From Candidatus Saccharimonadales bacterium (GTDB lineage Bacteria > Patescibacteriota > Saccharimonadia > Saccharimonadales > 2-12-FULL-41-12), in NCBI GenBank assembly GCA_051005235.1, contig JBPCJO010000075.1:9350-33349 (forward strand): a stretch of 24,000 bases of DNA. Reading direction: 5' to 3'. A program made the position numbers and the translations under genes. The notes under the pieces were generated by a model. The model saw nothing but the letters and a program-made list of their open reading frames with translations, was not told where the DNA came from and searched no databases. Position 1 is the stretch's first letter; the number at the start of each line of letters is the position of its first letter. Positions 7,621-16,776 of the stretch are shown here, piece after piece.

Positions 7621-8274
7621 TTATAATCGGTTCTTTACAAATGTGCTGATCTCGGCGGTAGCGCAAAATTGGCCGCCAAACCGTGACGATATACATACGT
7701 CACCGGGGCTAAGGTCAAAATCACCATACACAACCTTAACCTTTAATTCAGCTGGTTTGGCCGAAGGGTTTGAAGCGTCAACGTTAAATGTAACCAACCG
7801 CATATTGGCGCCTACCAGTTCGCGGCCGATCACAGCGCCTGGACCGACTTCTCGGTTAACATCGGTCTCGGGCGTGTTCATATTGGCAACAGCCGGGCAG
7901 CCAATGTTATCTTTAACACGGTCTACCCATAAGACGTGCCTACTCTGGTTGCCTGCCAGAGGTCCTTTTGGCGTTAATTGCATGTTAAGCACGTAAGAGT
8001 AGCGCACTAAGCCAACACAGACAACTCCGGCACCACTGTTAACTCTTTTATTGCCACCGGTCTGGATATTGCGCGAGATGTCTTCGATAATAGTCCGGCT
8101 GGTATCTTGAGTTTTAGAAACGATGACACCTTTGTAATAGACGCGGCCGATATACAAAACGCCAGAGGTAGCCAGTAACATCATAGAGGTAAAAATCGCG
8201 GTCGCGATTAACAGTTCGGCAATTGTAAAACCTTTTTGTGACTGGCTTATTCGCCTCATCGACGGTCGCGTCAT
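7621..8274 (-). CDS. Prepilin-type minor pilin (class III signal peptide)
   Basis: 217-aa ORF with QKG|FTIAELLIATAIFTSMMLLA (G-1, F+1, E+5). Its ATG overlaps the upstream stop as ATGA at 8271-8276. Confidence 0.78.
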   Translation of the reverse strand: MTRPSMRRISQSQKGFTIAELLIATAIFTSMMLLATSGVLYIGRVYYKGVIVSKTQDTSRTIIEDISRNIQTGGNKRVNSGAGVVCVGLVRYSYVLNMQLTPKGPLAGNQSRHVLWVDRVKDNIGCPAVANMNTPETDVNREVGPGAVIGRELVGANMRLVTFNVDASNPSAKPAELKVKVVYGDFDLSPGDVCISSRFGGQFCATAEISTFVKNRL

Positions 8275-8774
8275 CAGGCTAGCCTGCCTGCAGCCGCAAG
8301 GCCAAACTCGCTGGTTGAGGGCGGCGTTTGAGTAAACTTATTGCAAGCGATGTAATACGTGTTTAACTCCTCGGGGGTACTTTTAATGAGCGAGGTCCAG
8401 TTAACTTTAATTTTGAGCGGTTTATCTTGAGCGCAGGCTTTTGAGTTGGAAGGGTTCGGGTTCTCAATAGATACGTTGTATAAGCCATCTTCTACGCAGC
8501 CACCTGCGACCGCATCAACCTGGTCGGTCGCGGCGGCTTTAAGGCAAAAGGTTCCGGCTGGTAAAATGCCGTCAACCGTATAGCCGCGCAGCAATTCAAG
8601 CTGCGTTTCCATTACTTTGGTTGCACGGGAGCGCTCCTGTGAAGCCTGGTTGGTCGCCTGGTTATGATTAGTTAGCGTAAAGGCAGACAGCAACATAAAG
8701 CCGAGCGCCGCTAAGCAGATTAACACTTCTACGATTGTTTCTCCGCGCTGAGACGTTAAACGCATCATGCGCAA
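8274..8774 (-). CDS. Pilin-like protein with an atypical processing site (RG|ETIVEVLI)
   Basis: 166-aa ORF. It has a basic leader, Gly, E at +5 and a hydrophobic helix (VLICLAALGFMLLSAF), but Glu at +1. It overlaps both neighbours (10 nt upstream, ATGA downstream). Confidence 0.62.
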   Translation of the reverse strand: MRMMRLTSQRGETIVEVLICLAALGFMLLSAFTLTNHNQATNQASQERSRATKVMETQLELLRGYTVDGILPAGTFCLKAAATDQVDAVAGGCVEDGLYNVSIENPNPSNSKACAQDKPLKIKVNWTSLIKSTPEELNTYYIACNKFTQTPPSTSEFGLAAAGRLA

Positions 8775-9547
8775 TCTCCTGGCACAATGTCAGCCTCAGA
8801 TTTTATCTGAATGGCCGTACCTAGCTTGCCGCCAAACATAATAACTGCTTTTCGGCCGCCGCCCTTTTCTTGAACGCAAATTTTTACGCCGTCGGAAGCA
8901 TTATTGATACTGGTATTATTTAAACTGGTAGTAGCGATTTTGACAGATGCTATGCTAGAGGGTAAAGGGATGCCCGGCAAGCTAGCCAATACGGCACTGC
9001 CTGAATTATTAACCACACTGGCTTTGGTGGCAGACAGATGCTTGCCAAAACTTGGTAACACCGCGAATGCAGCGGTATCCCCAGATCCAACCGTAACTTT
9101 TGCAAATTCTAAGTCCGCGTACAGATTTTTCGATTCGGTATAGGTTGGCAGGTCAATCAGTCGCGGCGTGGCCTCGGCAATGTTTTTTACTTCTTTACCA
9201 GAGCCAGTCACTCGGTTGCCGACGATTGTGTAAATGTTGTACTTGTTTTTATCTCCGTCGGCTCCAAACTGAATGACTTTGCCGGCGAATACGCAAGCGG
9301 CACGCGTACCTTGGCCGCCAGAGCCAGTGCAACCAGCTACTGAATCTGTGCTCTCTGGGAAATAGCCGGCGTCGACATCGTTGATAACGTCTTGTATGGC
9401 CGTCTCGACGTCTTTTACGGACTTATTAAACTCCGTTTTTTGCTGCTGCCCACTAATAAGTGTCGAGACCGACACGAGTAATAGAGTGCTTATAGCGAGG
9501 TATATCATCACCTCGATTATGGTGAAGCCAGGTTGCCACCGATTCAT
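8765..9547 (-). CDS. Prepilin-type minor pilin
   Basis: 260-aa ORF with MNRWQPG|FTIIEVMIYLAISTLLLVSV, a canonical prepilin N-terminal cleavage/methylation motif. Confidence 0.78.
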   Translation of the reverse strand: MNRWQPGFTIIEVMIYLAISTLLLVSVSTLISGQQQKTEFNKSVKDVETAIQDVINDVDAGYFPESTDSVAGCTGSGGQGTRAACVFAGKVIQFGADGDKNKYNIYTIVGNRVTGSGKEVKNIAEATPRLIDLPTYTESKNLYADLEFAKVTVGSGDTAAFAVLPSFGKHLSATKASVVNNSGSAVLASLPGIPLPSSIASVKIATTSLNNTSINNASDGVKICVQEKGGGRKAVIMFGGKLGTAIQIKSEADIVPGDCA

Positions 9548-9554
9548 AGCTAAA

Positions 9555-10382
9555 TTATAGCATAAGCACCGTTAAGTACCAGCTAGTAATACTGCTGCCA
9601 AATAGCACAGTGATAATACAACCTGCTATTAAAAACGGTCCAAACGGTATATGGCTGGTACGGTTGGCCTTTTTAGTGGCCAGTAACGGTAATATAAACA
9701 GAGTACCCAGAGATGAAGCCACAAATAGCATCAGAAAAGCGTTGGCCGGATCCGCCGCCAGCGCACCAATTAAGAAGCCGAGTTTAACGTCGCCGCCGCC
9801 AATCCAACGACCGCGCGACATCTGGAACAACAGGTAAAAGATGCCGCCGCCAATAAGCACTCCTGCGCCCGCGCCGAGCAAGGTTATAAAGCTGGCAGTC
9901 TCCAGCCCGCGGGCCAAAACATACACCGCGGCCAGGCCGTAAAGCGGAAATATAAGCCGGTTTGGTAATAACATCCAGCGAATATCATAGACAACCAACG
10001 CTATCAAGCCTATCAGGCAGGCCAGCCAGGCACCAAAAGCCAGTACTTCCCAGCCAGCGATATCGCGCGGCCAGAATATATAACTGATCACAAATAAAGT
10101 GGCCATCAGTGCCTCTACCAACGGATACTGCCAACTGATGGGCTTTTTACAGTATCGACACTTTCCGCCCAAGCCCAGCCAGCTAATTACCGGCACTAGG
10201 TCCATCGGACTAAGCACATGCTTGCAGTGTACGCACATCGAACGCCCATGCGCCAACGACAGCTCCGTTTTAGAGGCAATACGATTGGCTTTTGGCTTTG
10301 ATTGCTCGCGCAAGCGCCACACCAGCGCATTCACGAAGCTTCCGAAGCACAAACCCAGCAATACGAGCGCGATAATAATCAT
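9555..10382 (-). CDS. pilD: Prepilin peptidase / N-methyltransferase (A24 family)
   Basis: 275-aa polytopic ORF. It starts LGLCFGSFVNALVWRL, then has the Cys-pair region CVHCKHVLSPMDLVPVISW..GKCRYCKKPISWQYPLVE. A GGGDVKL aspartyl motif lies later in the protein. Confidence 0.9.
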   Translation of the reverse strand: MIIIALVLLGLCFGSFVNALVWRLREQSKPKANRIASKTELSLAHGRSMCVHCKHVLSPMDLVPVISWLGLGGKCRYCKKPISWQYPLVEALMATLFVISYIFWPRDIAGWEVLAFGAWLACLIGLIALVVYDIRWMLLPNRLIFPLYGLAAVYVLARGLETASFITLLGAGAGVLIGGGIFYLLFQMSRGRWIGGGDVKLGFLIGALAADPANAFLMLFVASSLGTLFILPLLATKKANRTSHIPFGPFLIAGCIITVLFGSSITSWYLTVLML

Positions 10383-10397
10383 TATGCTTAGCTTACC

Positions 10398-10429
10398 ATA
10401 AAAAGAAAAGAACCCCTTGGAAGGGGCTC
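10398..10429 (-). terminator. Intrinsic terminator downstream of the major pilin gene
   Basis: The minus strand reads GAGCCCC-TTCCAA-GGGGTTC followed by TTTTCTTTTTAT. It lies about 35 nt after the pilA stop and 16 nt before the pilD start. Confidence 0.5.
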
Positions 10430-10462
10430 TTTTAATGCCTAAGGCTAGTTTTTAGCTTAGGA

Positions 10463-10903
10463 TTAGCTACCTACGCAACGATCAGTGTCGGCACCGGTAG
10501 TTTCGATTTTATAGGTAATCGTAAATGAGCGAGGCGCACCTGCGACAGCGACTGCACCGGCGGTATCACACTTTTTACCGGTCTCGAGGAACATACTACC
10601 GGTGGTAGCAGAGCCGGCTGTAACCAACTGCTGGTTATTCGCGATGGTGACGTACTTAGTAAGTTCGGCCTCCGTCAAGCTGTTGCACTTAGGTAGCTGG
10701 CCGTTATTATTACCAAGGCACTCATTTACCGCTGATGCTGTGCGTGCCGCGTCAGCAGTACGCTGTGTGTTACGGCTGTTACGTTGCAGTGCGGGAACGG
10801 CCAAAAAGACGATGACCATAATCAAACCGGCGATTGCCAGCACGATCAGGACTTCGATGATTGTAAAGCCTTTTTCATTTTTCTTTAATACTGATGTTTT
10901 CAT
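10463..10903 (-). CDS. pilA: Major type IV pilin
   Basis: 146-aa ORF with KG|FTIIEVLIVLAIAGLIMVIVFLAVPAL. It has two Cys pairs, including a C-terminal pair (KKC...DRC) typical of a D-region disulfide. It has its own candidate promoter and terminator, and an AGGGGG ribosome-binding site. Confidence 0.85.
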   Translation of the reverse strand: MKTSVLKKNEKGFTIIEVLIVLAIAGLIMVIVFLAVPALQRNSRNTQRTADAARTASAVNECLGNNNGQLPKCNSLTEAELTKYVTIANNQQLVTAGSATTGSMFLETGKKCDTAGAVAVAGAPRSFTITYKIETTGADTDRCVGS

Positions 10904-10951
10904 ATCTTCTGTGCCCCCTAGAAAGCGGTTTTATTAATACTTATGGTTATA

Positions 10952-10980
10952 AATATAGTTGAAGACGTTTAGAAGTGCAA
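10952..10980 (-). promoter_or_regulatory. Sigma-70-like promoter for pilA (TTGCAC-17 nt-TATATT)
   Basis: The complement of 10975-10980 is TTGCAC and the complement of 10952-10957 is TATATT, with an exact 17-nt spacer. An A-tract lies upstream. The site is about 45 nt upstream of the pilA ATG. Confidence 0.45.
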
Positions 10981-10999
10981 CTTTTTTGTGAACGACACT

Positions 11000-12220
11000 C
11001 TAGCTGATAACATTTGTGCCCGCTAATCCATAAATTGGCAGTAGTACCGCGGCCACGATAATAAAGGCGACAACACCGAGAATGACCATTAGTAATGGCT
11101 CAATAATGGTACTAATTGTTTTAATCTGATTATCAACTTCTTTTTCGTAGTAATCGGCGGTTTTTTCGAGCATATCCTCGAGGGCGCCAGACTGTTCACC
11201 GATGCGAAGCATATTGGGGACTAATGGCAAAAAGTTCGGGTCACCCTGTAGAGAGTCAGCGATTGATTTACCGCCCTTAATCTTCTCGATGGCACCATGG
11301 ATTGATTTTTCGATATGGACGTTGCTAATAGCCTTACCAACGATCTCGAGCATCTGGATCAGCGGAATGCCGCTAGCTACCAGCGTGGTACCGGTTCGAG
11401 CAAAACGAGCCATGTATAATTTCATAAACAGTGGGCCTAGCGGCCAGGCGCGCATCTTAAGACGGTCGATCAATAATTTTCCAGGACCGGTGCGGGCATA
11501 GCGGCTGGCCGCAATCGTCAAAAATACAATAATACCAATAAAGAAATACCAGTAGTCGGTCGCAAAATGCGATAATGCCAGTAACGCCCTAGTGATAAAC
11601 GGCAAGTTTGCACCTGGTAACTCTTTATAGATTGCTTCAACCTGCGGCAACACTTTGATCAGCATAAAGCCTAGTACGGCGATCATGACAATAATGACGA
11701 TAATCGGGTAAGCCAGAGCACCTTTAACTTTACTCATAATTTCGGCGTCTTTTTCTTGTTGTAAGGCAATCCGGAACAAGGCGGCGTCAAGTGTACCCGA
11801 CACCTCACCAGCGGCGATTAGGCTTATGTACACTTCGCTAAACACTTTTGGATGTTTGGCCAGGGCTACAGAAAAGGCCGAGCCGCCCTCGATATCGGCG
11901 ATAATCTGGCCAATAACCACCCGAAAGGCCTTATTGGTTGTTTGATCGTTGACGTTACGTAAGCTTTGCACTAACGGTAAGCCGGCGTTAATTAGGGTCG
12001 ACATCTGCCGCGAGAAAATAATGCGGTCTTTAACGGAAATGCGATTGGTAAACTTGGAAAATATATTTAACGACTTTGTATCGGCTAAGACAATATCGAG
12101 TGGTGCTAAGCCCTCGCTTTTAATGAGCTTGGCGGCCGAAGCTTCGCTATCGGCCTGCAATGAAGACTTAACTTTTTGGCCACTGGCCGGATCTCTGGCG
12201 ACGTAATTATAGGTTAACAT
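11000..12220 (-). CDS. pilC: Type IV pilus platform protein (GspF/PilC family)
   Basis: 406-aa ORF with two T2SSF repeats (FSRQMSTLINAGLPLVQSL and ARFARTGTTLVASGIPLIQML) and three TM segments. Confidence 0.92.
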   Translation of the reverse strand: MLTYNYVARDPASGQKVKSSLQADSEASAAKLIKSEGLAPLDIVLADTKSLNIFSKFTNRISVKDRIIFSRQMSTLINAGLPLVQSLRNVNDQTTNKAFRVVIGQIIADIEGGSAFSVALAKHPKVFSEVYISLIAAGEVSGTLDAALFRIALQQEKDAEIMSKVKGALAYPIIVIIVMIAVLGFMLIKVLPQVEAIYKELPGANLPFITRALLALSHFATDYWYFFIGIIVFLTIAASRYARTGPGKLLIDRLKMRAWPLGPLFMKLYMARFARTGTTLVASGIPLIQMLEIVGKAISNVHIEKSIHGAIEKIKGGKSIADSLQGDPNFLPLVPNMLRIGEQSGALEDMLEKTADYYEKEVDNQIKTISTIIEPLLMVILGVVAFIIVAAVLLPIYGLAGTNVIS

Positions 12221-12223
12221 GGC

Positions 12224-13294
12224 TTATCCCCTCATCAACCTGTCTAGTTCGGTAATATCGACTGCCACAATCCGGGCTTCGTCGTAGGTGATAGTACCGG
12301 AATGTATAAGGTTAACCAGTGTTTTGTCCATTGATTGCATGCCGAATTCCCCGCCGGTTTGGATGACCGCGTCAAGCTGGTGGCTCTTGCCCTCGCGGAT
12401 AATATTGCGAACGGCCGGCGTGGCAATTAGAACTTCGGCTGAAGCGACCCGCCCGCCGCCAATCGTTGGAACTAGGCGCTGCGAACAAATAGCCATGAGA
12501 ATATTACTAAGCTGAGCCCGAATTTGCGGCTGCTGGTGTGGTGGAAAGACGTCAATCATACGGTCGATACTCTGGGCAGCACTGTTGGTGTGCAGCGTGG
12601 CAAAAACCAGGTGGCCGGTTTCGGCGATGGTAATGGCGGCCGAGATTGTTTCGAGGTCGCGCATTTCGCCCAGCAGCACAACATCTGGATCTTGGCGCAA
12701 GCTGCTACGCAGGGCGGCCGAGAATGAATACGTGTCATAGTGGACTTCGCGCTGTACAATGACCGATTTCAGGCTTTTGTGGGTAAACTCGATTGGGTCT
12801 TCGATAGTTACAATATGAACCGCTTTTTCGGTGTTAATTTTGTGCACTAAGGCTGCTAGCGTGGTAGATTTACCGGAGCCTGTAGGGCCAGTCACCAATA
12901 CAAGGCCACGCGGATAGTCGGCAAACTTACGAACAACCTCTGGCAAGCCCAGCTGCTCGGTTGACATAATTTCGTTTGGTATGAGGCGAAGCGCTGCCGC
13001 TAAGTTACCGCGCTCGTGGAATGCGTTAACCCGGAAGCGGCCTAAGGCACCGAAGGCAAAGCTAAAATCAAATTCTTTATCTTTAAGTAAAATCTGTTTT
13101 TGCTCATCGTCGAGAATCGCGAAGATCAACGACTCGACCATTTCGGCGTCTAGAGTATGGGCACCACTAACCGGAATCAGCGCGCCGTCGATGCGTAGCG
13201 TTGGCTGCAAGCCAACTTGAATATGCAAGTCAGATGCCTTTTTTTTGATTACCTCTTCGAGGAGTTGTTCGATTCGTATGCTTGGTGTTGCCAT
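12224..13294 (-). CDS. pilT: Type IV pilus retraction ATPase PilT
   Basis: 356 aa. Motifs are ASDLHI, Walker A GPTGSGKST, Walker B DVVLLGEMRD, His box GHLVFATLHT, and the PilT-specific AVRNIIREGK motif. Confidence 0.93.
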   Translation of the reverse strand: MATPSIRIEQLLEEVIKKKASDLHIQVGLQPTLRIDGALIPVSGAHTLDAEMVESLIFAILDDEQKQILLKDKEFDFSFAFGALGRFRVNAFHERGNLAAALRLIPNEIMSTEQLGLPEVVRKFADYPRGLVLVTGPTGSGKSTTLAALVHKINTEKAVHIVTIEDPIEFTHKSLKSVIVQREVHYDTYSFSAALRSSLRQDPDVVLLGEMRDLETISAAITIAETGHLVFATLHTNSAAQSIDRMIDVFPPHQQPQIRAQLSNILMAICSQRLVPTIGGGRVASAEVLIATPAVRNIIREGKSHQLDAVIQTGGEFGMQSMDKTLVNLIHSGTITYDEARIVAVDITELDRLMRG

Positions 13295-13314
13295 TTTAGT
13301 TACCTAATTTATTG

Positions 13315-15102
13315 TTATGCGCTGTCGGCTGACGCTACGCGGTTAATTTCGTCTACTGTAGTTAGTCCTGCTAAGGCTTTAAAGTAACCGTCTTGTCGCA
13401 TGGTGATCATGCCTTGTGTTCGGGCTGTCCGCTCAATTTCACTGCTGGTAGCGCGGCTAATTATAAGCTTCTGAATTGCTTCATCGACTTCAAACACTTC
13501 GTAAAGGCCCATACGACCCTTGTAACCACCGGGGGTTTCGCGTCCGTCTTCACCCTTAAATAAAGTATAAGCGTTTTGCTTAGTAAGTGGCAAGGTTTTG
13601 TAGCCAATGTCTTGCGCCCGGGCGGCGACTTCTTCGGCAGTGGCGGGTAGTAGATTACCTATATTATTCAAAATACCTTCGGTTTCGACGACTGATGATG
13701 CATACTCTTGCCGTGTGGTGTCAGCGATTTTGCGCACCAGTCGTTGGCCAATAACTGTTCGAACGGTAGATGCAATCAAAAACGGCTCAATGCCCATATC
13801 TAGCAAGCGGGGCAAAATACCGGCCGCACTGTTGGTGTGCAGCGTACTAAAGACCAGGTGGCCGGTTAGCGCAGCCTGGACGGCTAGCTGGGCCGTCTCT
13901 TTATCGCGGATTTCGCCAACCATGACGACGTCCGGATCTTGTCGTAAAATAGAGCGTAAGCCGGTAGCAAATGTTAAACCTACCTCCGGATTAACCTGAA
14001 TTTGGTTAATGCCGTCCATTTTGTACTCAACCGGGTCTTCTAGGGTGACGATATTTATGGACTCGTCCTTAATTTCTTGAATCAGTGCGTACAGCGAGGT
14101 AGATTTACCAGAGCCAGTTGGTCCCGAGGTTAAGATCATGCCATTGGTTTGCTTGATGCCCTTGCGGATCGTCCGCAAAGCCCGGCCGTGATAACCCATT
14201 TCTTCGAGTAGCAAGCTGGTGCCGGATTTATCGAGCAGACGAATAACTACTTGCTCACCCCATACAACTGGTGATATGGCAATACGCAGGTCAATCGCTT
14301 TACCAGTGACAGCGACCGTAAATTGGCCGTCCTGAGGTATTCGGTGCTCATCAATTTTTAGGTTACTCAAAATTTTAATACGAGAAATGAGCGGCGGCTC
14401 GGTCGACTTTGGAAGCTTCATAATTTCTTTAAGGACGCCGTCGATGCGGCAACGGATCTTTAGTTCTTTCTCGAGAGGTTCGATGTGTATATCGCTAGCC
14501 CGGTTTTTAGCGGCGTATTCTAAAATTGTTGACAGCGCCCTACTGATCGGCGAATCTTGGACAATTGTTTTAATTTCAGACTTAACCTCGACTGGTTGGT
14601 CAGTTTTTTCGCCCGGGTTAACGCTAATGCCGATGGCGGTGGCTACGTCGGCCTCAACGTCTTCGTCATACTGTGTAAGTACATGTCTAATGCCCTCTTC
14701 ACTGGCGGTATAAACTTTGAGGGTACGGCCAATCCGGTTCGCTAAAAAGTCGACAGCTTGCACATTGTCGGCATCAAGCATAGCCACCACCAGACGACTC
14801 TGGATTTGCCCCAGCGGCACAGCCATATAGCGCTCAGCTACATCTTTTGGCAGCAGGCGCAACACATCGCGCTCAATCCGTGCCTCGAGCAGGTTTACAT
14901 ACGGAACACCGTTAATTTCGGCCAGTAGTTTGGTTAATGTCTCGTTAGAGACGTGGCCATTTTCGAGTAATGTCGAAAAGTACGGAACGGCGGACTTTTC
15001 GGCATCAGCCTTTGCCAAATCCAACGCAGCCAGGCTAATTAAGCCTTGGCTAACAAGCTTTTGTTCAATTTTTTTTTGAACCTCAGGCGATAATATTGCC
15101 AT
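13315..15102 (-). CDS. pilB: Type IV pilus assembly ATPase (GspE/PilB family)
   Basis: 595 aa. It has an N-terminal T2SSE_N domain (LLPKDVAERYMAVPL). Other motifs are Walker A GPTGSGKST, DVVMVGEIRD, GHLVFSTLHT and GYKGRMGLYEV. Confidence 0.92.
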   Translation of the reverse strand: MAILSPEVQKKIEQKLVSQGLISLAALDLAKADAEKSAVPYFSTLLENGHVSNETLTKLLAEINGVPYVNLLEARIERDVLRLLPKDVAERYMAVPLGQIQSRLVVAMLDADNVQAVDFLANRIGRTLKVYTASEEGIRHVLTQYDEDVEADVATAIGISVNPGEKTDQPVEVKSEIKTIVQDSPISRALSTILEYAAKNRASDIHIEPLEKELKIRCRIDGVLKEIMKLPKSTEPPLISRIKILSNLKIDEHRIPQDGQFTVAVTGKAIDLRIAISPVVWGEQVVIRLLDKSGTSLLLEEMGYHGRALRTIRKGIKQTNGMILTSGPTGSGKSTSLYALIQEIKDESINIVTLEDPVEYKMDGINQIQVNPEVGLTFATGLRSILRQDPDVVMVGEIRDKETAQLAVQAALTGHLVFSTLHTNSAAGILPRLLDMGIEPFLIASTVRTVIGQRLVRKIADTTRQEYASSVVETEGILNNIGNLLPATAEEVAARAQDIGYKTLPLTKQNAYTLFKGEDGRETPGGYKGRMGLYEVFEVDEAIQKLIISRATSSEIERTARTQGMITMRQDGYFKALAGLTTVDEINRVASADSA

Positions 15103-15122
15103 AACAGGTAAGCCACTCTACC

Positions 15123-15359
15123 CTAAAAGGGAGAAGTATTACTCTCATCGCCAATTCTTATGAGTTTGGTAGGGTTAATGGCATTTGGGTTAAACACTTC
15201 CTTATCGGGAATCTTGAACTCACTGCTAATAGCCTCGACTTTTTCGGCTGTCTGTTGTTTGCTACCTTTTGAGACAAAGACCGTCTTAGTCATTATTACC
15301 GAGAATACGCCGCCAATAAAAATGACAATTATTATTAAGGCAATATCTTTTTGTTTCAT
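15123..15359 (-). CDS. Small single-pass membrane protein inside the pilus operon (unknown)
   Basis: 78-aa ORF with TM helix IALIIIVIFIGGVFSVIM. Its ATG overlaps the pilO stop as ATGA (15356-15359). It ends 20 nt before pilB. Confidence 0.55.
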   Translation of the reverse strand: MKQKDIALIIIVIFIGGVFSVIMTKTVFVSKGSKQQTAEKVEAISSEFKIPDKEVFNPNAINPTKLIRIGDESNTSPF

Positions 15360-16024
15360 CGAATTTGCTCCGTTTCAACCTTGAAGATCTTACTTGGTTG
15401 ATAAAAAGTTTTGGCGTTAATTGTTAGTTCCGGCTGCTCGCCTTGCTCGACTTTGAATGTCAAACTTTTAACTTGTATCGGGCGGATTGATCGTTCTAAC
15501 AGATTAACAGCCGAGCTGCCAGAAGTACCGGATATACCAATTTTTACAGAAAAAGGTAACTCGACGGGTTGCGGAATAGATATTTGTTGAGACTGCGCGA
15601 CTTCGTCGTCGGTACCAATGATTTCTTTGATCTGAAAACCGTTGTCCTTAAAGATCTTCTCGACGCTGGTGGTTAAGGCCGGAAAGTCATACTTACTTGG
15701 TAGCGCGTCTAACACTATTCGAGCATTATCGCCATCTTTATCACCTGTCCCGGCCGGATTGCCGCCTAAAATGTTAGCTACCGGATCATCGAATTGCTCA
15801 AAAGAAGTGTTGAGCTTTTTGTAGGCTTCGGCATTGGATTTAACTTGCTTAAGTGCAATCTGTTTTTTGCCAATAACCCGTGCCTGGTAGGCCCGTTGGT
15901 CAAGCAGACTTTTGCCGGCTACCATGCAAAAAGCAATTACAAACGCCGCCGCGCCGGAGGCGACCAAAATAGTAAGTTGGGCTTTATCGATTTCGATTCG
16001 TTTGGCTGATAGTTTTCTAGCCAT
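15356..16024 (-). CDS. pilO: PilO-like pilus assembly protein
   Basis: 222-aa bitopic ORF (TM helix LTILVASGAAAFVIAFCMVAG) with a coiled-coil segment and then LDALPSKYDFPAL. It sits directly after pilN. Confidence 0.68.
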   Translation of the reverse strand: MARKLSAKRIEIDKAQLTILVASGAAAFVIAFCMVAGKSLLDQRAYQARVIGKKQIALKQVKSNAEAYKKLNTSFEQFDDPVANILGGNPAGTGDKDGDNARIVLDALPSKYDFPALTTSVEKIFKDNGFQIKEIIGTDDEVAQSQQISIPQPVELPFSVKIGISGTSGSSAVNLLERSIRPIQVKSLTFKVEQGEQPELTINAKTFYQPSKIFKVETEQIR

Positions 16025-16026
16025 GA

Positions 16027-16776
16027 TTAACGTCCCCCGCCTTGGTTAGGTTGTATGTTTTGCTGCGGAGCGAATAAGCTACCAGGAGATTCGGCAATTG
16101 AGCGGGCTGATATTATGTTTGGTATAACTAGTGTAATAGGCGGTTTATCTTCGGGCGCGCCTTTAATGTTAGAGAATATTATCGGGTCGAATGAAGCTAA
16201 TATTTCGTATTCTACCTTAGCCGCATTGGCAGCGACTCCTGACCGCTGTTCGATTACCGAGAACTTTTGTAATACGACATTACTAAACGCTTTACCCTCA
16301 GGCTTATCGGCAGTACTGCGCATGTAATCGGTTAGTTTTAGCGTATCGGCATATTTATTAACGGTACCGAAACTGTCGGAATTACCTTTAACAAGGATGG
16401 TATTCGCTTCGAGGTCCAGCTCGACGTCAGAAATAGTTGCCTGGTCCGGTGTTAGCTGGAATAAGTAGTCGAACAACCGGGAACTGATGGCTTTATTGTC
16501 GTGTAACTCCGGCAGGCTCTTTAGCTGATTTTGGACTGTTAAGATTTTATCAAGTTCGGGCGCGTCTTTTCGAAGTTGTTCGACACCTTTGATGATGTCA
16601 CGGCTCACAGCCTTACTGTGGTTTACCTGGGCAATCCGGACGAACGAAAATAGCGCCGCGAAAAGTAAAATTGAGATCGCCGAAGAAACAATTGATATGG
16701 TGACTACCAGACGCATGCGGCGACGGGCTTTTAAAAACTCAATTTTTACGTCGGGGAGTAAATTAAATTGGATCAT
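16027..16776 (-). CDS. pilN: PilN-like pilus assembly protein
   Basis: 249 aa. The N-terminus MIQFNLLPD carries the INLLP signature, followed by one TM helix. It overlaps the pilM stop as ATGA (16773-16776). Confidence 0.75.
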   Translation of the reverse strand: MIQFNLLPDVKIEFLKARRRMRLVVTISIVSSAISILLFAALFSFVRIAQVNHSKAVSRDIIKGVEQLRKDAPELDKILTVQNQLKSLPELHDNKAISSRLFDYLFQLTPDQATISDVELDLEANTILVKGNSDSFGTVNKYADTLKLTDYMRSTADKPEGKAFSNVVLQKFSVIEQRSGVAANAAKVEYEILASFDPIIFSNIKGAPEDKPPITLVIPNIISARSIAESPGSLFAPQQNIQPNQGGGR

